The notes below the pieces were generated by a model. The model did no database searches and was not told the DNA's origin. It worked only from the letters and a program-made list of their open reading frames with translations. DNA of 64,000 bases. Source: Chlamydiota bacterium (GTDB taxonomy: Bacteria; Auribacterota; JACPWU01). Both the position numbers and the translations under genes were made by a program. Of this stretch, positions 1 to 12,900 are shown piece by piece. Numbering within the stretch: position 1 is the first letter of the stretch; the number at the start of each line of letters is the position of its first letter. The stretch is taken from NCBI GenBank assembly GCA_016178055.1, contig JACOUC010000036.1, positions 9-64,008 of the forward strand, given 5' to 3'.

Positions 1-57
1 CTGGCTTCACTCGGTTCGTTGCCTCTCCAAGTGCAGAGTTCAGTTCTGAGTCGGTGG

Positions 58-1242
58 TTAGCCTTTACTCAGGCTCCTTATTTCGGCTTGCTTTTGTTGG
101 CTTGCTTGGCGCACTGAACTTTCAACTTTAAACCTTAAACTTTCGTGATACATCGCATCTCTCTCAACCGGCTCACGTCCCGCATCAGAAATGAGTTTAA
201 TGAGCGTCTCTCGGGTGAGCGCATTTTGAGTTTTTGCTCCGGCATCATGATAAATTTTTTCCTCGATTACGGAGCCGTCAATATCATCGGCTCCATAAGA
301 AAGAGCCACTTGAGAGAGAGCGGGGGTGAGCATAACCCAATAAGCCTTGATATGATTAAAATTATCCAGAAGAAGACGAGAAATGGCCAATGTTTTTAAA
401 TCATCCATTCCCATCGTCCAACCGATCTTTCCCATCCGATTATTTTCAGGATGATAGGCCAAAGGAATAAAACATCGGAAGCCTCCTGTCTCATCTTGAG
501 CACTCCTCAACGCTAAAAGATGTTCAACACGCGACTCTAATTTTTCCAGATGTCCATAGAGCATGGTCGCATTGGTTGGGATCCCTAACCGATGAGCAGT
601 CTTTGCGACCTGGAGCCAGCGAGCCCCTGTCGCCTTCTCTCCACAAATTTTTTTGCGCAATTTTTCATCGAAAATTTCAGCTCCTCCCCCTGGAAGAGAA
701 TCCAAACCCGCTTCTTTGAATTCTGCCAAAACTTCATGAGCTGATTTTTTATAAATTTGAGAGAAAAAATCAATTTCAACACAAGTAAAAGCTTTAATAT
801 GAAGCGTCGGATATGCCTTTTTAATGGCCGATAAAAGATCCAAATAATAAGAATAAGATAACTCCGGATGAAGCCCACCGACCATGTGAAGTTCTGTTAA
901 ACCCTGATCCCAAACATTCTCAATTTTTTTTAGAATTTGATCAATGCTAAGTGTGTATCCTTCAGAATGGCCCAGGTCACGTCGAAAGGAACAAAAGAGG
1001 CAATCGACGGCACAGATATTGGTATAATCAATATGGAGATTAATAACAAAATAAGCCTTATTTCCATTTTTCTTCTCACGCACAAGATTGGCAAGAGCCC
1101 CAATTCCGTTCAAATCTCGAGAACGAAAAAGAGTCAAACCCTCTTCAAACGAAAGACGCTTGCCATGCTCAACTTTTTCGGCAATCAAAGACAATTCAGA
1201 TTTTTCTAATAAAAGATTCATCATAATCCAAACTTGTTCCAC
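58..1242 (-). CDS. Radical SAM enzyme of the MqnC/MqnE type (futalosine-pathway menaquinone biosynthesis)
   Basis: 394 aa ORF. It has a CxxxCxxC radical-SAM cluster motif (CAVDCLFC) near the N-terminus and the overall layout is typical of MqnC/MqnE. A UbiD-like gene is adjacent and an MqnA/D-like gene lies elsewhere in the window. I cannot separate MqnC from MqnE from sequence alone. Confidence 0.7.
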   Translation of the reverse strand: MEQVWIMMNLLLEKSELSLIAEKVEHGKRLSFEEGLTLFRSRDLNGIGALANLVREKKNGNKAYFVINLHIDYTNICAVDCLFCSFRRDLGHSEGYTLSIDQILKKIENVWDQGLTELHMVGGLHPELSYSYYLDLLSAIKKAYPTLHIKAFTCVEIDFFSQIYKKSAHEVLAEFKEAGLDSLPGGGAEIFDEKLRKKICGEKATGARWLQVAKTAHRLGIPTNATMLYGHLEKLESRVEHLLALRSAQDETGGFRCFIPLAYHPENNRMGKIGWTMGMDDLKTLAISRLLLDNFNHIKAYWVMLTPALSQVALSYGADDIDGSVIEEKIYHDAGAKTQNALTRETLIKLISDAGREPVERDAMYHESLRFKVESSVRQASQQKQAEIRSLSKG

Positions 1243-2666
1243 ATTTGAGTGACCCGCTCTTTTACTTGAGCATCCATCACAATTTCATCAGGCCAATCAC
1301 GAGTAAAACCTTCTTCCTTCCATTTACGCGTGGCATCAATCCCCACCTTACTTCCCAGACAGGGTAAGCGACTCGCATGATCCAGAACATCAACCGGTCC
1401 AGTTGTAAAAAGAAAATCCCGTTCAGGATCAATATGGTTCAAAGCCTTCCAAGCAACTTCTCTGAGATTGTGAACATCCACATCTTTATCCACCACTACA
1501 ACCACTTTTGCAAAGCACAATTGAGCTAAACCCCAAATCGCACTCATCACTTTCCGAGCCTGACCCGGATAGCGTTTATCAATCGAAACGATTAAAAGAT
1601 TATGGAAAATACCCTCTGCGGGCATATTCATATCAATGAGTTCAGGAAGCTGTTTCTTCAAAAGGGGAAGAAAAATACGCTCCGTCGCCTTCCCCATAAA
1701 AAAATCCTCCTGAAGAGGAGGACCCACAATGATTGTAGGATAAATAGGATTTTTTCTCATCGTGATCGCGGTCACGTGAAATACAGGATAAAGATCAGCC
1801 AAGGAATAATAGCCGGTGTGATCTCCAAAAGGGCCTTCCGTTTTTGATTCTGTTGGGTTCACATACCCTTCTAAAATAATTTGAGAATTGGCTGGAACTT
1901 CTGAATCGATTGTTTTACAAGAAACCATTTCCACGGGACGATTGCGAATAAAACCGGCCAACATCATTTCATCGACTCCTTCAGGAAGAGGTGCAGATGC
2001 CGAATAAATGACCGCAGGATCAGGCCCTAAAGAAACCGCAACCTCTAGACGTTTTCCTAAAGACTTCGCCTTATGAAAATGGGCTGCTCCCCCCTTATGA
2101 ATTTGCCAATGCATCCCGATCGATCGTTCATCAAAAATTTGGAGCCGGTATATTCCATAATTTTTTGTTCCCGTCTCAGGATCTTTTGTAATCACGACCG
2201 GTAACGTAATATAGCGTCCACCATCTTTGGGCCAACATTGTAACGCGGGTAAATCAAAAAGTGAAAACCCTTCTTTTTTTACAATTTCCTGACATGGGGC
2301 CTGTTTTATCAACTTTGGTTTTAACGCCCTTAACGTTTGGAGCATGGGCAACATCTGAACAGATTCTAGAAAACCTGAAGGAATTTTAGGTTCTAAAAAT
2401 GAGGAAATGCGCTCCGCTAGCTCCTCTAGATTCTGAGCCCCTAAAGAAAGGGACATCCGCTTCGCACTTCCAAAAGTATTAATCAAAAGAGGAATGCTAG
2501 ACCCTTTGACTTTTTCAAAGAGAAGCGCAGGCCCACCCTGCTTGGTCACACGATCCGTGATCTCTGTAATCTCAAGAACAGGATCCACCTCGTAGGAAAT
2601 ACGCTTCAGCTCTCCTATTTTTTCAAGAGCCTGAACAAAATCATTAAGACTGTCGTAGGTATACAT
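1221..2666 (-). CDS. UbiD-family decarboxylase (menaquinone/ubiquinone biosynthesis decarboxylase-like)
   Basis: 481 aa ORF with UbiD-like conservation along its length (for example GGPALLFEKVKG and a C-terminal oligomerisation region). Its start overlaps the upstream radical SAM gene, so the two are likely an operon. Confidence 0.7.
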   Translation of the reverse strand: MYTYDSLNDFVQALEKIGELKRISYEVDPVLEITEITDRVTKQGGPALLFEKVKGSSIPLLINTFGSAKRMSLSLGAQNLEELAERISSFLEPKIPSGFLESVQMLPMLQTLRALKPKLIKQAPCQEIVKKEGFSLFDLPALQCWPKDGGRYITLPVVITKDPETGTKNYGIYRLQIFDERSIGMHWQIHKGGAAHFHKAKSLGKRLEVAVSLGPDPAVIYSASAPLPEGVDEMMLAGFIRNRPVEMVSCKTIDSEVPANSQIILEGYVNPTESKTEGPFGDHTGYYSLADLYPVFHVTAITMRKNPIYPTIIVGPPLQEDFFMGKATERIFLPLLKKQLPELIDMNMPAEGIFHNLLIVSIDKRYPGQARKVMSAIWGLAQLCFAKVVVVVDKDVDVHNLREVAWKALNHIDPERDFLFTTGPVDVLDHASRLPCLGSKVGIDATRKWKEEGFTRDWPDEIVMDAQVKERVTQMWNKFGL

Positions 2667-2819
2667 ATTTTATGGAGGAAACGATACCAAAAGGCTCATA
2701 AAAAAGGAAGGATTACCTCTTAGATATTTCAAGGTTCATAAGAGGTTCATAAAAAAATTGACGTAATACTGAATTACTGATATTCTTACTTTCATCAGTC
2801 TAGAAAGGCGAGATACTAA

Positions 2820-3083
2820 ATGATCCTACAACTTAATAATCGCTCAACCATTACGATCCCTTTGGTAACACGAAGAGAATTGGGTATTGGGCCAGGTGAT
2901 CCCTTGGAGGTATGGATCGAGAATGGTCGTTTGGTTCTTGTACCGGTATCCCCTGTTCCAAGGATGGCCAAATTGACTCCCAAAGGCGAACGGAAGGAAC
3001 GCGTTGCCCAAAGAGAGATGCGGAAGGGTAAAATTCGTAAATATGCATCATCGCGGGATCTTTTGAAAGATTTGTTACCTTGA
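2820..3083 (+). CDS. AbrB/MazE/SpoVT-type antitoxin
   Basis: 87 aa. N-terminal swapped-hairpin pattern (TITIPLVTRRELGIGPGDPLEVWIENGRLVLVPV). It has a 4 bp ATGA overlap with the downstream toxin-like ORF. Confidence 0.6.
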   Translation: MILQLNNRSTITIPLVTRRELGIGPGDPLEVWIENGRLVLVPVSPVPRMAKLTPKGERKERVAQREMRKGKIRKYASSRDLLKDLLP

Positions 3084-3343
3084 CCATTGCTAGAACAGAT
3101 ATTTTTAAAAAAGACTTTTTGGCTTTGCCTCCTGAAGTCCAGAAGGCTACAGCCAAGCAGATTGCTCAACTCTTAATTGATCACTTCCACCCTTCTTTGA
3201 ATTTAGAAGGGATCAAAGGACATCAGGGTTTGTTTTCTGCCCGAGTTAATCAAAGATACCGGATTTCCTTGAGCTTTCAAGGAAGTGATACCCTCTTATT
3301 AAGACGCGTTTTTGATCATGATGATCTCTATTGGAGGCCGTAG
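3080..3343 (+). CDS. RelE/ParE-family toxin
   Basis: 87 aa. The pattern F.KDF..LP.EVQK...KQI..L...P....EGIKG..GLFSARVN.RYRI....Q.D.LLLRRV..HDDLY matches the RelE/ParE fold consensus. It is translationally coupled to the upstream antitoxin. Confidence 0.55.
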   Translation: MTIARTDIFKKDFLALPPEVQKATAKQIAQLLIDHFHPSLNLEGIKGHQGLFSARVNQRYRISLSFQGSDTLLLRRVFDHDDLYWRP

Positions 3344-3364
3344 CTTGCATCTACTCAAACGGCA

Positions 3365-3613
3365 CTAGGAGCTCAATACCAACATGCGATCTCGCAAGAA
3401 TTCTGGAGCTAAGTCAGCTCCATTTTCCCAGACCAGAGTTTCTAGTTCCGGGTCTACTCGAAAAGATTTAAATCTTTTAATATTTTTTAATGGTTCAAAC
3501 ATCTCTCCATAGAGCTCGTCTTTTAAATCTACAATCCCTTCAGACCCATCATTGAGTCGCAACCAAATCATATATTTTTTTTTATATCTAGCTTTCACAA
3601 TGTGTAAAATCAT
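3365..3613 (-). CDS. DUF2442 family protein
   Basis: The body of the ORF (MILHIVKARYKKKYMIWLRLNDGSEGIVDL...LVWENGADLAPEFL) resembles DUF2442. The start was moved to the internal Met to avoid overlapping the upstream DUF4160 gene. The two families are a known co-occurring pair. Confidence 0.45.
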   Translation of the reverse strand: MILHIVKARYKKKYMIWLRLNDGSEGIVDLKDELYGEMFEPLKNIKRFKSFRVDPELETLVWENGADLAPEFLRDRMLVLSS

Positions 3614-3617
3614 GCTT

Positions 3618-3878
3618 TTACTCCAAGGGTGGAATACAACGAAGAGGGCTCCTTTTTCTTGCCCGATCCCAATCATCCACCAACTCACTCACATGAATTT
3701 TTCTCCACGCATTCACCAATCCCAAAGCCCGCTTGGACAAAGATCCTTTAATAATTTTCCCGCTTTCGATCTCAATCACAGCCTCCTCACCACCATACTT
3801 GGCATGAAAATGAGGCGGAGCATGATCATTCCAATAAATCGCAATGAGAATTCCAAAAAACCTACTGATGATTGGCAT
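3618..3878 (-). CDS. DUF4160 family protein
   Basis: 86 aa. The segment ...IYWNDHAPPHFHAKYGGEEAVIEIESGK... is the characteristic DUF4160 core. It is paired with the DUF2442 gene. Confidence 0.45.
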   Translation of the reverse strand: MPIISRFFGILIAIYWNDHAPPHFHAKYGGEEAVIEIESGKIIKGSLSKRALGLVNAWRKIHVSELVDDWDRARKRSPLRCIPPLE

Positions 3879-3930
3879 GCGTTGATTTTACCATAAGAAG
3901 AGACAGACTTTTCAAAAAAAATTGAACTCT

Positions 3931-6900
3931 TCACATGCTTCGTTCCGTCATCTCCGTCGCTTCACGAAATTTTTCCATTTGATCATGCCAACGGCTTACA
4001 TTTGCGAAGGGCGTAACCTGATGCTCGTCCACATCCACAAGCAATCCTTCCAACTCATCAGGTTTAAAACCATGCTGAAGCAATGCTCGGGTAATCGCTT
4101 CGGCATCCCCATAACAAATGGCAGCCATCACGGACACCATCTCCTGACCGTACATGAATTTGTCAAAGAGCCCTTGAATGGGTTCATATAAGTTCCTATT
4201 TTCGCGATGCCCCAGCAGCCACTTTTCTGCCTCCTTCCCGCGAAAAAGTTCCCTCACTTTTGTATCGATTGCAGATCTCGCATCTTGTTCATTCAAATCT
4301 GTCAGGAAAAGAACTCTATCTTGAGGAATTTGATGTTCCCTGCAAAGGGTATCAAACTCTTCTCGAGATCTTTTTCGTTCCACAAAAACCATTTTACGAT
4401 TTCCTGTTTCGGATTCTTTAATAAATTCTGTCGGACTCAAACCTCCCAAACTTTGAACCGGTAAATCCATATCGGGGAATAGACAAACAGGTTTTTGATC
4501 TGCAGATGGTTTTAGAGCCGCTAAAAATTTTTTCTGAAAATGACGCAGCTTGGTTTTTAATCCAATCAGATAAGCGAGGGCCAAAGATAAATCTCTAGGC
4601 CGTGACATCTGAACGTGTGTGACACCCAGCGTCTGGGAATTCAGCTGAGCGGTCATTTCTCCTATTTCCATTTCGAATGACGCACCATTCATATCCTGTC
4701 TGATAGACCAAGTCACATCCCCACTAAAGTCGAGCGTAATCGAGCTTTGCTGAAATTCTCCTCTTTCTACCTTTCCTTCAAGCTCTTGCTCAATATTTTG
4801 AACTGTTTGACCCAACCCCTCCTCATCCAAAAGCCTCCTTGCCTCTAGCTCGAGAGAAAGTCTTTCAGTTTTTGCCTGATGAGCCTCTGCCTCTCTAATA
4901 AGATCCGGATGTTTGACTTGGATCATGAGTTCGACCAGTACAGCATCTAAAGTCTTAAGATCATTCTCTGAAAGCGATGTCTCTTTAGCAAATGAATGTG
5001 TCGCATCTCCCAAAGTCCAAAGAATGTCATAAACGGTATGGCTCTCCATCCATTCCCTTAAGGAAAGTCCCGCCGTTATGTTCTCCTGGGCCCAGGATTC
5101 AAAATTTTGAATTAAATTTTGTTTATGGAATTGAACAACGCCCTCTAAAATTCTAGACTTCAAAGGTTCATCTTCGGGCACCAAATGAAGATAAGCTGAA
5201 AAAATTTCTACTAAACCCTTTCGTTCATTGATGGCCCTAACAGCCGCCCGAACACTGGCCCAGGGGAAGGCGTCTCTTCCTTGATAATGACAAACCAAAA
5301 GGTCCGCTCGATACAACCATTTGTTTATCTCTGTAAAAAAGGCATTTGTCTCGTCAGGGTATAACGACCGAATCCCTGAAGTGTTATAGCCCGGGAAAGA
5401 CAAGCCCGTTATAAGAAATTCTACAGAGGAGTAAACTTCATACTCTGGTTGAAACGGGATGGCCTCTTGATAAAGGCAGTATTGATTCTCACCAACACGT
5501 TGAATCACCAAATAAAGATCTTCATTCTGATTTTCAAAATAAATTTCCCCCCTCGGTAAATTTAAAAAGCAAACGCCTTGATGGGAAAGACGCTTTAACA
5601 ATCTCTCCACCACCTCCTGTTGAGTCTGGGTCAATAAATAAAAAGGCTGAATGGCATTTCCAGATTCATCAACCCAATCGACCCCCTTCGCCAAAAACCT
5701 GCGTTCTACCCCTTCATCAGGTTTCTTTAAATGGTGTAAAGTCATGCTAAGCGAAATAAAATCAAAAGATTCTGCAGAACGATTCTGCATAAACGATTCA
5801 CTCATTACATCATTTTGAGGAATTCTGGCGTCAAGATATGTCACCCCTTCTACATCCGTTTGTCCTCTCTCCCTAAAATCCGCACTGTTAAAAGCACTCT
5901 CTCTGATCTCTCCACTCTCTAGCGAATAACTGGGGAAAAAGGCATCTGTTCCTTCATAGCTAAAATGGGTCCCGGGCAAAGCCTCTTCAAAAGTTTTTCT
6001 CAAAAGATTGAGCGTGGGAGCCCCATAAGCCTTCGGGGCAGATCCAATGTCCAGCCAACGATAATGGTCTTTATGAGGTATCGACAAATGAAGTGAAGGA
6101 AGGTGAGTGGGAATCCATTCCGCTTCAACACCAAAGGGATTTGCATAAAGATGATACATGTCCAGTAAATATCGAAACTGAGGATTGATTTGGATAAACC
6201 GGACAATCGGCTCTCTTGAAAAAATATCTCTTCCTTCAAACATATTCACCACTGCAAGTGCAAGAGGCATGAAACGATGTTCTCCACTGGCATGCCAGGT
6301 CATGAATTTTAGAAAACGCACTATATTTTCTAAGACCTCTTTTCGCCGAGTCTCTGGCAAAGCAGCAACGATTGATAAAATCTTTCCTGCCTCTCGATGT
6401 CGTTCATCGTCATTAGCAAAATCCAACCCGAAAATAGCTGCAATTCCTTCTAAAATATTTTTCTCTTCAATCGTTTGGTGATTAATCTCCGTATAAATTC
6501 GTTTAATCTCAGTTAAGATATTCGTCCGACGCATAACACCTAAAAACAACTTCAAATGTCTCTCCAAATTCGCCTCTCGGGAAAACCTCTTGCCAGCCAC
6601 TTGTCTCGCCCTTTGTCCCATCGTAACTCTTAAATTTGGATGACGGATTAATTCCTCAATTTTCCCTCTAAACGCTTCAACATTTCCAGACTCAACAATA
6701 CAGCCTGTTTCTCCATCCACAACTGTTTCAGGCAATCCTCCCGATCGAGAAACAATAACGGGTTTTCCCATACTTTGAGCCTCTAAAGACACGAGACCAA
6801 ATGTTTCCTCATTTTTTAATGGTTCATCTCGTCTGCTTGGCATGGCAACGATATCGGAAAGAAAATACCAATCTCTCATTTCTTCCGCACTCAAAGGGCC

Positions 6901-9900
6901 TAAAAGAACAATTAAAACACCCTCTTCACGCAAATGTTGAATTTTCTCATACAAAGACTCTCTGAACTGTCTATTGTAGTCGTCATCTCCGTCTCTCAGC
7001 ATATCCTCCGTGAAACCCGCAATGACAACAGCCGCATTCCTCTTTAAATCATTTGATAAGCCCAATATGGCATCGAGCACGACGTCATATCCTTTCCGTT
7101 CCACTGGACGGCCCGACATCAAAATAACTGTCTTACCGGACAAAGAATGATTTACTCTCAAGTCATCTGTTTTGGTAGTAGTCACATAACGAGGATCGTA
7201 AAAACTTAAATCAGCAACAGGATAAAGGCACTCCACTTCAACACCAAAGTCCTTCTGAAATCTTTTTTGAACAGACTCACTAACCGTCAGAGCTAAATCA
7301 GCTTTCTTAAGAATATTTACCGTATTCGGAGAGAAAAATCTTGAATCACCAACCAAATCTTCTGGGACTCGATCTAACAAACGCCAGGGCCCTGAGTGAA
7401 ATTCTTGGATCACAGGTATTTTATTTTGTTTTCCGAACGCATTAAAAGCATTCCCTGCATAGTGAAAAGAAGATTCACTCACAATGAGATCTACTTTACC
7501 CTCTTCTTGTAAAATTTTCCTTAACAAGCCATTGACTTCATCTGCAAGATCTTGCCCTGGCTCATTATTCTGACGAGTCATATGAATTTGAACAACGCCT
7601 TCCAATTCCGATGAAACGACGACTTTACCCCCATCCCGTTTCAATAATGGAGACACCCTTTGACCACCACCCAGAACAATCACATGGATTTTGAGTCCTT
7701 TAATCTCTTGAGCCAATAATAAAAGCAGATGATCCATATAGGTCGATACCCCATTCATCTCCAAATACCCAGGGGCATAAAAAACAAGCACTTTTCCCGA
7801 AAATGCCTCTTTGAGTTGAGATAAGTTCTCTGTTGTTGAAGCTTCCCCCTGTGTAACAGTAATCGAACCCTCTGGACTTGTTTGGGAACCTTGGTCATCG
7901 TTCGCATCATCCCCTAACACCCCCTTCTGATAAAGGGCCCCTGTGACCGTTACCCAATGATTAGAGACAATGTGGGCAATCAGGCCCATGGCCAAAACCG
8001 GCCAGAGGCGAAGTATATTTGAAAAAAGGTTTGATACAACACTCGTCGGTTGAATATCCGGAAGAAGACCAGCAAGGGCAATGTCAGGTTGAATTAACGA
8101 AGTTAATATCAGCAACCCCATGCCCACTACTAAAAAAATCGCTGCTCTTTGACTCTTTCCCTTGACTTGCCTAAGCATCTGTCCTACGATTCCTGCCATG
8201 GAAGAAAATAAATCTGAAAATGATTCCGTAATGAAATCAAGCCACGTGGCTGTCATTCTTGAAGACCTTCGAGGCCAATTTAAGGTTTTTGGAGAAGGGT
8301 TATCCGGACTTCGTGAAAAGACAGAGGAAGGCTTCGCAAGAATCGATAAAAAGTTCGACCGTATCGAAAATGAGCTTGCTAATTTTCGCGTTCGTGTGCG
8401 CGGAGTTGAAGACGGCAATGCACGTATAGAGACCAAAGTCGATAAGATCGAAACCCGACTAGAGAAGGTTGAGACCAAGGTTGATAAGATCGAAATCAGG
8501 CTAGGGAAGATCGAAACCCGACTAGAGAAGGGTGAAATCAAGGTAGAAAAGATTTCAGAAAGTAACGTCCGAATTGAGGCCGATCTTAGGATCATCAAAA
8601 ATCTTGTCAAAGTGAAGGTTGATTTGGAAGAATATAAAATTCTGGAAGATCGTGTTGCCCTTCTTGAATCAAAATTTGCTGCTCTAGCGAGATAACGCGC
8701 TCCATACAAATTCCACACCAAATAAAAAGTTATCCCAACCACCAAAATCATCTCCCACGATGAGAGCCCTGTACGGAAAAATCCAAGAAGTGAGACCAGA
8801 GAAATCAAGGTTGGAATGAAAATTCTTCTGAAGCTAGATGAAAAACCGCTCGAAGCTCGAGGCTCAAAGCTCGAGGTAAATACTTCTTCGGTTCTTTGCT
8901 TTTCCCTCGAGCTTCGAGCCTCCAGCTCATTTTTAGCTTCTAGCCGCCTTTCATGCCCCCACACAAACACCACTCTCAAGACGGCGTAGAGCACAGGACT
9001 TCCTAAAGATAAGGCCCAAATAAAAATTTCTTCGATAAAAGGAACAACAAAATCTTCTTTAAAATCTCGACTCAAAGACTTTCGTCCAAGAACATTTACC
9101 CAAAACCAGTCGAGAGGTCGAGTAACCTGAGACGCCAGCCAATAGGAAGGAAGAAGAACGCCTTTGCCAGAAGAGAAAGAACCTAAAGCAGGATCAACAT
9201 AGCGACTTATAAATGCTTTTAACTCTTGCACTTTAAACAGAGGTTTTTCAGAAAGTTTTCGGGCTTGAATCTCATTAATATAGTGATTGAGCCAAACTTT
9301 TGCTAATTCTAGTCCCTCCTTATTGCCATGTTTTTTCATCATCTCTAGCAAAAATCCTTGCATGACCCCTGTTCGAAGAATGGCATCATGCCCCTGGCCA
9401 AGACTTTCATGTCGATAGCCCTTCTCACCTTCCCTCAACGAGCCAAGCCAGTGTAAATTAAAATAGTAATCAAGAAAGTGAGATGGATCGATCCCTCTTT
9501 TAGTTCCCCGCCATGTGATGAGAGAGAATTTCATTTCCCGACCCGAAATAACAGAAGCTCTCCCTTGTGCCGCTGTCAAATCTCGAACATCCACTCCCAC
9601 ATCTCCTGCATTAATTCTAAAGCCATCAATCAGGGTTTGAGCCTCAGGATTATAGTAACGAACCAAAAACCGTCCCATGGCCGCAAGGGTATTGATCATA
9701 TCTCCAGGCTCAACAAAAGCGCCCCACTTTCCAGGCAAACTTGTATTAACGAGTAAATATCCAGGAGGGATTCGATTTGCCCAAGCATGATGAGGCGAAA
9801 TATACTGAATCTCATCCCGACCATTGATGAATCGACTCGTGTAGGCGCTCACTTTTCCTTCCTGAGTCTCGACCTCTCCATCACGCAAAACCTCGACCAA

Positions 9901-12900
9901 TTCTGCATCCCCGCGATGGCTTAAAAGGGCTTGATACTCACTCGATGTAACACGTGATTTTTCTTGTGCGTCTCTGGCCATGACCATCACCAAAGGAATC
10001 ACTTCCTTCGTTTGTTTTAAAGTTGTCAAAATAAAATAAATATTCTGATAAACCCCCTCTTGAAGGCGAATGACTTGAACAGGAAATTCAATATCATCTA
10101 AAGAAAGTTTACGCCCTCCCAATTCATCCTGAAGAGAATCGAGCAAAATATTTCCCTCTCCCGTTTCAAGATTCTTCATCAACAGAGCCTCAACCGCATT
10201 TCTTGATTGTGCCAATGTCAAATCATTGCGATCCCGAGGCACATCCCACTGATCTCCCTGCCGCCACTGACCCGCTCGATAGAGGTCATAATGGCAAATC
10301 CTACCCCCTTGAGCCATCGAGGCATTGTCCGGCATTTTCTCCATCGCTTGAGATAATCTTTGATAGATCTCAAGCGTCTGAGAGAAAGTGGAGGGCATTT
10401 TGGTTTTGAGTATATTCAGCTTTGATTGATAACGCTCAAGCAAAGTCCGATCCTGCAAAATCACAAAATTGACTGCTGTTAGAAATAAGAGTTGGTCTAC
10501 TTGACTCTGAATCGCCCCTTCAATAAGTTTTCCAAGTGTCCCGATCTCCTCGGAAAGCAAGGCCTGTCTCACTTCTTCTGTGATACGCTGATGCACATTT
10601 TCTCGTCGAACCACAAGAGGTTGAAGAGTAGAGGCTGCAGGCAAAGCAGTTTCACCAGACAAAATATGCGCCTCAATAAACCTCCTCAACGCCTTGCCCA
10701 GGGGATTTTTGCCTTCGCGATTGAAAATTTTATCTGTGAGCTGGATAATCTGAGGATGCGTAAGACGGGTTCTTTCCAAGGCCTCATGAAGGGTCGCTTC
10801 ATCCACCAGATCCGAAATGCCAGTGCTCTTTTCCTCCGCCTCAAGAAACTGCATCAGATTGACCGCCAAAGCGCTTTCAGAGCCCAAGAAATATTTTTCT
10901 CTGCTCAAGACCCGAGCCTCAAACCATTTGAAAGCCTCTCGAGGATTTTGAAGAGCCGCCAAGACCTTTACTATTTCATCGTTTTCAATTCCTTGCTGAA
11001 CCAATGTGCTCCAAATCTCACTTCCAAGGCGCCCAGCCAAAGCCCTCGAGCGTTCTTCCACAAGCGTTACAACAGGCTCATGGGAACTTCTCACCTTGTC
11101 ACTTTGCTCTTCAATTTCTCTTCGCCACTGGGCTTCTTCGTCAGGCGTAACCTCTGGGCCAATGATGTTGCCTGAAGATGGCTCTTCTTCACTTAAGGCG
11201 AGTGACGGAGATTGGGAAGTTTGAAGTTGCCACACAATTTTAGAAGATCCATCACCATTCGTCGTTAACACCTGACTCCCATCTTCAGAAAACTTAGCAG
11301 AGCGCACCCAATTTTTTCCTCCATAAAAAGTCTCAAGGAGCTCTCTTGTTTCAACATTCCATACTTGACCACTCCAATATCGAGTTCGCTCTAGGTAATA
11401 GTTATATTGATCACCCCCCCAGCTTGTTTCAGTTCTATCAAAACGCATTGTTAATACTGTACGTCCATCAGGGGAAACAAGAATATGAACAAGTTTTTTG
11501 CCCATGTATTCCCTATAACGCTTGATAATGCGTTCCTTTGCTTCTTCGGTTAATAGAGAATCAGGAGATCGAGGAGTCGTGGTACCTAAAGGAGCGTCTG
11601 ACGCTGTCGAAGTTACACTTCCTTTTTTCCCCCTCTTTCGAGAAGGACTTGACGGAGGTGTGACTGTTGCTCCAGCAGAGTCAGCTGTTATCGTTGTCGT
11701 GGTCGAATCAGCCCCTGAGCCCGTTTCATCTCGCACAGGTTCAGGGACTATGACTACTTTTGGAGCTTCCGTACATTCCATCCTCAACCAATATGTCACT
11801 TCATTCTCCCCTTCTGTAAAGCCCAACTGACACCCTGGAATAGATGCCATTTGTGCCTTGAGTTCGAGTAGTTTATTCCTGACATTGGATTCTCCTGATT
11901 CTCTGAGACGAAGGGCCTCCTGTCTTGCAGCTTCAATGTCTGGATATTCACCGGTGAGATGTGTTTTTAAGAATTTCTCTTCGTTGGCAGACATTCTTCC
12001 TTCTCTGACAATCTGAATATTAAAGTGGCCTTCTTTTAATTCACTTCCCAGTTCAATGAATCGGCCTGGGTTGTGGGTTTTGGCGATGCGGACAAATTCA
12101 TTGAGCCAGTCTTTTGCGATGGGTCTTTGTTCTTCTGGTAGAGGGAGAGCTTGTGTGAATGGGGTGATGGCTGCATCTTTTAGTTGGGGGTCGTTGTGGT
12201 TTGAACGCTGCCTTTGTTGAGGGGGTGCAGGTAAAGGGGTTCTGGCCCAGAAGCAGCCATATTGTCCATTCATCTGATCGGTTTTGGGAGCGGTTCTTTC
12301 AGAGTCGATGAGATTTGAAAGCACGGCTGGCTCCACCCCATCATTCTGAGAATCCACTGTTTGGCCGACGAGTCCCATGATCTTCTGAAAGATGGGAGCG
12401 ACAGCTTGAGAAGCTGATAATCGATTGTCTGAAGGGGGCGCAGGGTCGAAGGTGAATTGAAAGCCTCTTTCTGGGTTGATGTCTATGTGGAAGGTTCCGC
12501 CATTGAGAATGTGGCCTTGAGCCATTTCTTCGAGGATTCTGTTGCTTAAGGGGTCTCTGATCTCCTGTTCGATGAGTCGTCGTAAGGGCCGTGCCCCATT
12601 GATGATGTCATAGCCTCTTTGAGCGAGGGTTTCATAGACGTTATCCGCGACTTCGACTTTGAATTTGTTTTCTGTGAAGTCACTGAGTTCCCGTTTTAAG
12701 AGGATGCGAGCAATTTGTCTTATGTTTTCAGGGGTGATGACGTTGCAGGCGATGATGTGGTCGATGCGGTTGATGATTTCAGGTTTGTATTTGGCTCTGA
12801 TGCTGGTTTCTACGGTTTGGGCAATGAGGTCGTTCATTTGGGTAATAATAGCTTGTGTTGCCTCTTCTGTTTCTGCGGTTTTAAGTTCTTCAGCCAGGGT

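Noticed and set aside
2816-3169. Minus-strand ORFs 2816..3169 and 2851..3156 overlapping the AbrB/RelE-like pair
   Set aside because: They are antisense to a recognisable antitoxin-toxin pair with translational coupling, and their composition is not protein-like.
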